Assembly: GCA_001179505.1 (NCBI GenBank)
Contig: CDMY01000562.1
Coordinates: forward strand, 248,001 to 312,000
Length of the DNA stretch: 64,000 nt
Direction of reading: 5' to 3'
Origin: Vitrella brassicaformis CCMP3155
Taxonomy: Eukaryota > Protista > Chromerida
Below are positions 54,657 through 64,000 of the stretch, piece after piece. Each line of letters starts with the position of its first letter. Within the stretch, counting starts at the first letter, position 1. The notes under the pieces were generated by a model. The model made no database searches, was not told the origin of the DNA, and worked only from the letters and a program-made list of their open reading frames with translations. The position numbers and the translations under genes are program-made.

Positions 54657-57600
54657 ATGTTGGTGAAGCGCAAGCCCAGTGCCGCCGTCGCGCGCGACGA
54701 AGAGAACATCCCCATTGTCAGGCGGTTCGGCAAGGGGCTCTGGGAGGACCTCAGGATCAAACTGCCCTGGTACCCTTCTGACTTCGTCGGTGAGTGACTT
54801 GCAGGGGAGGGAGACAGGCAGGCACTCGGTCATGCATGTGCACACGCACGGGCCGTGTGGTCAAGGCAAGCGTGGGACTGGACTCGATGTTCTGTCTCTG
54901 GTGGTCTTGTGTGTCAGATGCTTTGCACGTCAAGGTGCCGTGCACTGTGCTGTACATCTTCTGGGGCGCACTGGCCAACGCAGTCGCATTCGGCAGTCTC
55001 CTCGGCGAACGGGTGGGGCGACGGAGGGAGGACACATGCTCACATGGACGCATGAACACTCTGTGGAAACCCTTTGGTGTGATGTGGTGTGTCGCATTTC
55101 TCTGTCAGACGAACGGATGGATGGGCGCCGCCGAGACCCTGATGGCCACAGGTGCGTCCCGTCCCGTACCCCAAACCACCCCACCCCATCCCCCATCATT
55201 TCACGCACACACACACACACAGCACTGCACTGGGCGACGGCTGACAGCCATCTATCTCATGTTTCATGTGTGCATGTGTGTGCGCTGCCTGTGTGTCAGC
55301 CACCCTGGGTATGATCTACCCGCTGTTCTGCGGACAGCCGCTGACCATCATGGGTGCCACGGGCCCCATCGCGTCCTACATCGTGGCCCTGCACACCTTG
55401 GCGGGGATGCTGGGCGTGACTTTCCTGCCCTTCTACGCCTGGACCGGTCTGTTCCTGAGCGTTTACCTCTTCCTCGCCAGCTGCTTCTCGCTCTCTAACG
55501 CCATCCGCAAGGTCACCCGCTTCACCGAGGAGACATTCAGCGTCCTCATCTCGGTCATCTTCATCTACGAGGCCTGCCGCTACTTCGTCGGTCTCTTCGG
55601 CAGCCAGGACGGTGAGGGAGGGATGGAATGGGCCGACACACACGCATGAGTGCACACACCATACATGTGTGTGTCGGTGTCTTGTGTGGTGGATGGATGC
55701 ATTGCTGCAGTGAGCCATGGCGAGGCGAAGGTCGGTCTGTTCGTCGGTTTGCTGACTTTCTTCACGGCCACGATCGTCCGAGGGAGCCGAAATGGCAAGC
55801 TCTTCAACCAGTGGATCCGCAACCGCGCAGCCGACTTCGCCCCCGTCATCGCTATCATCCTTGGCGTTGCCGTCGCGTGGGTAAGTAAGTGGGGGGGCGG
55901 GCCGCCACTGACGAGACGCCCGGCCATGCGATGTGAACATGTCTCTTCTGGCTGGTGTGGTGTGGTGTGTTCAGGTGATGATAGTTCGTTACGGCAGTAA
56001 GGCCGTGGACCTGGACTTCCTGCCCTTCACGGCTGACGACCTGACGGCCACGACCAAGGGCACCGACGTGCGTCCCTGGCTGGTGGACCTCACCGACATC
56101 ACTGCTGCCGGCATCGGTGTCGCCGCCTGCGCTGCCTTCCTCGGCTTCATCGTCATCTTCTACGGTGAGAGGGTCACCCTACCACACACACGCACGGGAG
56201 ACGCGACAGACAGACAGACAGACAGAGTGAACAGGTCAACACGGCTCACGGTATGTCTTGTGTTGTGTCTCGTTGTGTGGATGGGTGTGCACTCACTGTC
56301 TGTCATCTGCAGATCAGAACATCACAGTGCGTCTGGTGAATGCCAACGGCCACAAGCTCAAGAAGGGCTACGGCTACGACCTGGACATGCTGGCACTCTG
56401 CGGCTGCACCGTCCTCCTCTCCCTCTGCGGTCAGCTGCCCCCCCTCCCCTCACACCCCACACACACATCTACGCGTGTCCGTGTGCATGTCGTGTGTGTG
56501 TGTGTTTGTGTGTGTGTGTAGGCTGCCCGTGGATGGTGTCGGCCACTGTGCCTTCGATGAACCACACCCGCTCGCTGGCCTTCTTCGGTACCGAGAAGGC
56601 CGATGACGAGCAGTCGGAGGCTGAGATGGAGCAGAAGCTCGAACACGCTTCCAGGAAGGTGCGTACGGACGGATGGAATGAAACACCCACCCATTCATAC
56701 TGTCACCCACGTGTGTGTCCCTCCTGTCTGTGTGTGTGGCCTGCCTGCCGTCTCATTTCATTTCATTCATGTCTGTGTGTGTGGCCTGCCTGCCGTCTCA
56801 TTTCATTTCATTCAGACCCTGGAGCGTCTCCGCACTTTGGTCGACGTGGAGAACCCCGAGAGGATGTCGACGGAGGACAGCCACGAGGCCCCCTCAGCGA
56901 GCAACAGCGGCGTCGAGTCGCCCACGAGCCCACAGCCATCGCTGCCCAAGCAGGACTCGTGCAAGGTCCTCATCGCTGACGGACCCACGCCGCCCCTCCC
57001 CAACCGCAACAGCCACACCGAGCTCATCAGGGCCGTCCACCGCGAGACCGAGAGCGTCCTGGCCATGCTCTCGCTGCCGTCGGGAACTGAGAGTAAGCGA
57101 CGGAGACACAGGGAGGGAGACAGGGAGACAGCGAGGGTGTGCAGACGAGTGACAGGATGATGGTTGTGTCTGCTTTTGTGTGCGCGTGCAGTCACGGGCT
57201 GCCTGGAGCAGCGTGTGAGCCCGTTCTTGACCCACTTGCTGATCCTCCTGGCGCTGCTCTTCCTGCGGCGGCCGCTGGCCATGATCCCTCTCGCCGTCCT
57301 GCGGGTGCGTACCCCACCGACACCCACGACCTCATGCACAGACACTGTCTGTCTGTCTGTGGTGTTCGTCTGTCAGGGTCTCTTTTTGTACAACGGGTGG
57401 AGCAACCTTGCGGGCAACGAGTTCTGGGAGCGCGTCTGCCTGTTCTTCTACGACCGCAAGAAGCTGCCCAAGAACAAGCCCTATTCGTCGGTGCGGCTGC
57501 TGCGCATGCACGCCTTCACCCTCATCCAGGTGGCCATGCTGGTGCTCCTGATGGTCCTCATGCGGTCCTCCATCGGCTTCGTCTTCCCCGTCTTCATCGG

Positions 57601-57685
57601 CCTCCTCCACCCGGTCCGCTGGGCACTCGGCCGGTTCAAGCTCTTCTCACACGAGGAGCTCGAGGCACTCGACAGCCACTTCTAG
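54657..57685 (+). CDS. SLC4/BOR family anion (HCO3-/borate) transporter
   Basis: [136 protein letters not shown]. Confidence 0.92.
56726..56815 (+). repeat. 45-bp tandem duplication of an intron 3' end in the SLC4 gene
   Basis: gtctgtgtgtgtggcctgcctgccgtctcatttcatttcattca occurs twice; only the second copy ends in CAG (the acceptor). Confidence 0.85.
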
Positions 57686-59352
57686 ACATATGGCCAGCTA
57701 GATGCATGCCTGGCCTGCCGGTAGTGTGAGTGTGGGATCTCACAACGAATGTGTGATGGGTCGGGGAGAAACTCGAAAGAAAGAAGAGACCCGTTTTGCG
57801 AAAATGACAGAGGGTCATGTATGTGTGGATGTGTGTGGTTCATGACTGATGAGGGTTTTGCGGTTTTGTTCCACTCGCCCGCCTTTGCTTTTGGGTGTGC
57901 CTGTTGGTTGGCTGTGCATGGTATTTTTGTCCTGTCGAGACAACGACACGTTTTGTCTTCCTCTCCTTTCCTTCCTCCTTTCTTTCTTCATTTCTTTCTC
58001 GCCCTGTGTGCGCTGCTGCTGGTGTGCTGCTGCCGCTACACACGTACGGCTGCCTTGCGTCGCTGCTTTCTGCATGTTGATGTGTGATGGTGGTGTGTTG
58101 TGTGTGTGATGCGTGTGGCCCTACATCGCATACATACCGCTATATCGCTACGGGTGGGGCGGGGTGGCCCCCTCTCATTCACACGTACATCTTTCTGACA
58201 CGTACCGCTTTGCGTGCGCACGGACGTGGCGCCGCGACTGGTACTCATTCACTCGTCCATCCATTCATTCACACGAATGAGCAGCGCGGTGGCCACTGCT
58301 GACTTGAGGGGCGGGGGGGACGCTGCAGTGAGGCAAGGCAGGCAGAAAGGCACGTAGGTGGGCCGGGCGCATCACTCAGGCAGGCCTCACCTCACTCATC
58401 CATCCATGACGTCGAGAGAGGTTCACAGGGCCTGCCTGATCGCGTCGCCCATGCCTTTCGTGCTGTGTATTCATGCGTTCGATGCATGCATCCCCAGACA
58501 GGGATACAGCAGCACCACGCACGCCTGACTCGACAGCTGGCCTGGCTTGGCTAGCTGTGTAGGTAGGTCGATGCCTTGATGCCTTGTTCGTTCATGTCGA
58601 TAGATACGGAACCGATGGCGGGGAAAGAGATAGATGAGATGAGACCGATTTATGTACATGTATCTATGTCTGTGTGTGTGTGTGTGTGTGTGTGTGAATG
58701 GGTGCATTGCGTGGTGTATCTTGTGTGTGCACACGGAGAGAGAGAGAGGGGAAAGGAATGAGGGAGGATTGTTTCTCTTGCATGCCACGGGTGGGTGACA
58801 GGGTACACACGCTCAGAGGACACACCGATTTCGCGCATCCATCATCCAGCCATCCAATCCACCCATTTTTCTTTTGCTCCTGCCTGCCTTGCCTTGCCTT
58901 GCCTTGCCTGACCTGCATGAGTGATCCATGAGGGACGGACTGACTGCGTGAGTGATGCGATGCCTGTGCCTGCCTGCCTGCCTGCCTGTCTGTGCTAGTG
59001 ATGCGAATTGGATCGAGTGACTACTGACTGACTGGATGCGAATTGGCCTGCCTGATTAGCGAACGAATGAATGTATCAATTGGCTGACTGACTACTGACT
59101 CCCTGAATGAATGCGACACACAGCTGATCAGACTGATTGATCATATGACCATGAGTTTTTCTCCTGACGTTGTCTCGCTGTCACTCCTGTCGGCCTGCCT
59201 TTCCTCCATCCTGCCTGCCTGCCTGTCTCGTCTCGTTCTCCCACTCAGACAGAACAGACAGACGGACAGCTAGATAGCTACGGCTCGTTCACGATGGAGT
59301 GATGTGGTTTGTCCGTGTGCGTTGCGTTGATTGTCCGTGTCATGTGTGGCTT

Positions 59353-59390
59353 CATGCGAAGAAAGAGACGTGCATGCGAAGAAAGAGACG
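59353..59390 (+). repeat. 18-bp direct repeat catgcgaagaaagagacg x2 (20-bp period)
   Basis: Read directly from the sequence. Confidence 0.8.
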
Positions 59391-60100
59391 GCGTGTCGCA
59401 TCTTGCCCGAACACGGTGTGACAGAACGGACGAGTGACTGACTGACACGTGCACACGACTCACGAGAGTTTTTGTGCGGCTGCCTCAGCCTGCCTGCTAC
59501 CCATACCCGTGGCCGCAACTAACTCTTCCTCACAATCATGCGCTGGCAGATCGACCGCCCTCGCCTGTCTGCCTGCCTGCCTGCCTCTCTGACTGTGTGT
59601 CTGTGCCTGGTTTGTTGTCTGCCCTGTGTTGGCTTTATGGAAGGTGATGTGGTGTGGGGCTGCCGGTTGCGGTGGCCGTGTGTGTTGATACAACCTTGAT
59701 ACGTCTCGCCCGCAGACTGGGAGGGGCATAGGGAGTGGGCAGAACCGTGGGGTCCGATCCATGCGCACTTGTTTTATCCACAATCCACAGACAGCTTCTT
59801 GGTTATTTTTGCCTTCAGCGTTGGTGATCTGTGGTCGTGCTTTACTATCAGACGTATCTCCCCCGCCACCGCCATCCGATGGGTAGGGTTCGCATATGGA
59901 CCCCTGCTCATTCGGTGACGACGGTGGGTGGCGTACTTCTGATGGTGAGACACACCATCGGTTCAGGACAACCAGGCAGGACATTGGGGGCGCACTGGGA
60001 TGCGTTCACACGAGACTTGCTGCACATTCAAGAAGATCTGGCACGTGGCTGCGCAGAATTCACACGAGGCTCTAGAACTGAGACAAGGTGGTGGTTCGTT

Positions 60101-60201
60101 TTTGTGGTTGTGGTCGTAACTGAAGTGAATCCCGGATGCGTCGACCAGTCTCCGCAGGAATGGAGCAGTGACCGTGAAAAGCCAACTCAAAACACACGTC
60201 T
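60101..60201 (-). repeat. ~100-bp dispersed element, copy 2 (inverted relative to 47206-47305)
   Basis: See copy 1. Confidence 0.85.
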
Positions 60202-60671
60202 CCACACAGACCGACCTATACTTGTGTGTGTCGACCGTCAATCGTAATGAATTGCTTGTAATTCAATTCATTTAATCTGGCTGGCTGATGTCCAAACTCC
60301 TCTCCCTCCCTCCCTCCCTCCCTGACTCCCTGCCGTCATTCGCCGCATAGACACACATACACAGATGGCATGGCTTCTGTGCGCGACTCGACTTACCTAG
60401 CAACACACAACACGACACACAAATGCATGCACGCCTCTCCGTGGCTCCAAAATCTCAAGGCTTGCTTGGTGCTTTTCTTCCGGTCCATCCAAAATCTACT
60501 TACTGCACACCACACCACCAAACCCACCCATCGACGCTTCCAGCCACGCACACACAGACAGACACGCCCATGCACGTGTCACGTGCATCCACACAGCAGC
60601 ACACATAGCAATGCGTCGATAAAGAGAGAGAGACAAAGTGTGTACCGATCTTTCCTCCCTCTATATGTCAC

Positions 60672-62249
60672 TCATTCTTCTGGCTGGAGGTGCTTCTCCA
60701 GCCTCGACTTGACCCAGGGGGCAAGCTCGGTGTTGCTTGGGTCCCGCTTGTGTGTGCGGTAGTAGAGCGACCAGTGCGCCGTCTGCTGTGGGGCGAAGGC
60801 GCCGTCCTCCCATATGGCCATCAGCCGCTGCGGGAAGGGGCCCACCTCGATAGACCCAAGCCGACGCTGACGCTCGTACGGATAGGACAAGGCCAGCTGC
60901 ACAGATAGATCACACCCATCCATCCATCCATCCACCGGCCGATGGATGGATTCACTTGTTTGTTTGTGACGCAGGCAGAGAGTTGTGTGCGTGTGCGTGT
61001 GTTGTGTTGTGTTGCGTGCACGGCACACCTGGAGGAATCGTGTGCCGTTGATCTGTGTGTCCCATCCGAAATGGGTGTGGCCGAACACGTGCATGTCGGG
61101 CCGAAGGCGCGCCACCCGCTGGCCGAGCAGGTCGCTGCCGACGGCCTTGGGCAGGTTTGGGTAGAAGAGGAACCGCTTCTCGGGCAGCAGATCGAGTCGC
61201 GGCAGAAAGTGAGAAAACGATATCACCTGCTCCACAGACCTGGTGGGCCCATCACACCACACCACACATGGCATGGCCATTCATCTCATCACTCCCTCCC
61301 TCCCTCCCTCCGTCCCTATTACTTACACGTCGATGTCGTCCCACGATCTGATGTTCCTCTTGCCCGAACCGTTCAGCCGCCTGTCGTTCATCTGGTCGAA
61401 ATACTCTGCGAGTGCTCGGCTGCCGTCGGCCGCCGAGAGGCCGTCGGGCCACCGACACGTCGCGAAATCCGTGATGACCTGCTCGACAGGCGGCAGCGGC
61501 AGATTGGGGATGTCGGGCTCGGTGTCGAAGTCGGTGTGGTACCAGGACAGCAGCGGCACTACCCAAATGGTGCCCTCACTGGGGTTGCTGCTGCGGTCAC
61601 TTGGTGGGGGGGCGGGGGGCGTGTTCTCTGTCCATTGTCGCTGCCAGGCCAGGCGCTTGGGTGTGGTGACGATGCCCATCTCGTCGCACATGGTGAAGAT
61701 GTACTGGAGCTTGGCAGCAGAGTCGGCGAACTTGGGGTTGCTGCTGCTGCCGCTGCTGCTGCCGTTGCCGCTGCTTCTGGTGTGTGTTGGGTTGCGGGAG
61801 GGGGAGGGGGAGTGGAAGACCTCATCGCGTGTGACCCATACATCGTGATTGCCTGCAGCAGCACGGCAGGCATCAGTCAGTGTCAGTCGCCGTGCTGTGT
61901 CTGTCGTGTTCTGTCAGTCGTGTGTGATCAGGATCAGATCTATCAGCGCACCTGGTACGAAGAATACTGATTGATGCACATCAATCAACAAACCACACAC
62001 ACACACGCAGGTGTGGCGTGAAGGAAGGCATGTGTCCAACACGGTTGGTGCTTGTCTGTCTTCTTACTTACCGTGTCCGAATTTCTCAGTGAACAGCTGC
62101 AGTGTGGTCCGGAGAGTGGCGAGGCGGTCGCTGACATCGCCGGCCACTATAACGGCGTCTTCCTTGTAGGCCGTCTGGGAGAGGCCCTGCACGTACTCGA
62201 GGTTGGCACGATAGTCGGTGTGAACATCACTGATGGCAAAGATGCGCAT
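60672..62249 (-). CDS. Calcineurin-like metallophosphoesterase
   Basis: MRIFAISDVHTD, VIVAGDVSD, VFFVPGNHDVW (via a 15-nt microexon at 61952-61966), ISFSHFLP, HVFGHTHF. An upstream exon is possible. Confidence 0.9.
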
Positions 62250-62851
62250 GATCTCTCGAAAGACGCCCGAGCTACGCGGGCTAGCCGGAAATAATGAGAC
62301 ACACATCCGCGTCTCACAAGCGTCAGCGAGACTCTCACATGTCTTATCTATCGGATGAACAGGACACATGAGAGAAGACGACGCGCCAGCTGACCAGTCC
62401 GTCGGCGCGTGGAAGGGTGGAAAAAATGCAACAGTGTAGCTACAGCAGCGCCCGAGCAACTGACTACCGTGGAAAACCTTCAATGCACAGGCAGCCAGAC
62501 GGCCAGGGCAAACAACCAGGGGCGTCCCAACGAACACACGGCGCTCTCTCATCGGCCAGCTTGCAAGGCCACAGAAAAAGGTCGCTGGCCAGACAGGTAA
62601 GCAACCAAGGGAGAGTCTCAGGGAGTAAGGAATCAAGGGAGGGACTGAGGGGTCTGTACAGGAAGCCATGGATATGCAGTCAGCCAGGAGAGACAGCCAG
62701 TGGAAGGAACAAAACTATGGATAGATGGCGGGGTGGCTGGCTGGAGAAACAAAGACGAGAGAGAGAGAGAGAGAGAGAGAGGGAGAAGAAAGAAAGAAAG
62801 AAAGACAAAGCGAGTCGGCCAGCACACGAGGACACCCCGGGCAGACAGGGC

Positions 62852-64000
62852 CTATTTGCGGTTGATGAGTCGCGGGTTCTTTGTGACTGGCTGGCGAAAC
62901 ATGAAGAGGAGCTCGCTGAACCGTACTCGTTCGGTTCTCGCCGGCCGCCGTGGGTAGCCCCACTTGTCAGCAGCAGCAGCATCAGCCGCTGCGTGGTCAG
63001 CCGAGAATTTGTCGTGTCGTTGTGTGGGGAGAGTCTGGATGACGGCTTCGTTGGTGTCCAGGTCGTCTTTCAACGGCTGCTGGCTCTCGGGGAGGGCCGA
63101 GCCGATCTGACGCCACACATACTCGCGAAGCTGATCCTGCACGCGACACCACACCACATCAAACACGAGATGCGATGCGATACGGCGACATTGCTTCGAA
63201 CGAATGCCTCTCTCTGTGTGTGTGTGTCTGACCTCGGTGAACCCGGTCGGGTGGATCTTTGGGTGTATGTGCAGCTTCACGGTGCCTGCCGCGGGCTTGA
63301 GGGGCACCAAGGCGGTCGGCGGCATCATGGCATGGGTGCCCTCTATCGTTACCGGCACCACTGGAAGATTCATCTGATGGATGGATGGATGGACAGAAAG
63401 ACATGCATGGTGCAGGTGTGTCTGTGTGTCCTTCCTTCCTCTCGACACACCCATCCATCCATCAGCCACCCACGCACCCACCTGTTGGGCGAGTTTGAAT
63501 GCTCCTCCTTTGCCAAACGGCTTGAGCCGCCCGTCGCGGCTCCTGGTGCCCTCCGGGAACACGAAGAGGGGATACCCTGTCTTCAGAATCTGCTGGCACT
63601 GGCGGTATGCCTTGATTTGCGACCGCTTGTCGTCGCGCTCGAGGATGACCTGGTCGGAGAGCATGATGGAGAGGCCCAGAATGGGCACCTTCAGCAGCTC
63701 CGCCTTGGCCACGAACTTGTAGAACCTTGGCAGCATCCCCACCGCAGGAATGTCCATCCAACTCGCGTGATTCGCCACGTAACTGAGGAGGACAGCAGGC
63801 AGAAACAACCACACATCGATGGGCGAAGCAAGCGGGCGACGGGCGGCTCCCCTTCCCTCTTCCTTTGGCTTACACGCATGTTTCGTTGTTGGGTGGGAGG
63901 TTCTCGGGGTTGACGATGACGGGCATGGAGTTAATGGTCGTCAGCATGAAGAATCCCCACAGCCGGTTCAGCGCATCGATGCTACGTCGGGCGGGGTCCA
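62852..64000 (-). CDS. 1-acyl-sn-glycerol-3-phosphate acyltransferase (LPAAT/PlsC family), 5' end beyond the window
   Basis: YVANHASWMDIP (NHx4D), KFVAKAEL, FVFPEGTRSRDG, PVVPVTIEGT; the upstream exon at the window edge reads DPARRSIDALNRLWGFFMLTT. Confidence 0.92.

Noticed and set aside
59831-60247. 138-aa ORF in the 57.7-60.6 kb intergenic region
   Set aside because: It has a non-ATG start, no recognisable domain or splice pattern, and overlaps the dispersed 100-bp repeat; at most a degraded fragment.

Overview
Eukaryotic, GC-rich, intron-dense genomic DNA. Introns are full of CA, GTCT and CATC/GGAT microsatellites, and there are five ~300-N scaffold gaps. The gene set (a plastid-targeted PREX primase-helicase-polymerase fusion, an ATP4-type Na+ P-ATPase, SF-assemblin) points to a chromerid alveolate, most likely Vitrella brassicaformis; this is inference, not a database result. 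About 20 multi-exon genes were assembled by hand from splice sites. They include an RPAP3-like TPR gene, a SMYD-type SET methyltransferase, SF-assemblin, mitochondrial DLD, a MAP2K-like pseudokinase, PREX, an RCC1-repeat protein, EMG1/NEP1, ATP4, an SLC4/BOR transporter, a metallophosphoesterase and LPAAT. The most striking unexplained structure is a four-copy family of small secreted prepro-peptide genes at 15-18 kb (minus strand) and 29-32 kb (plus strand). They are built from shuffled exon modules: signal peptide, a KR-containing pro-exon, a defensin-like 7-Cys module and a colipase/Dickkopf-like 8-Cys module. Exon boundaries are manual inferences.
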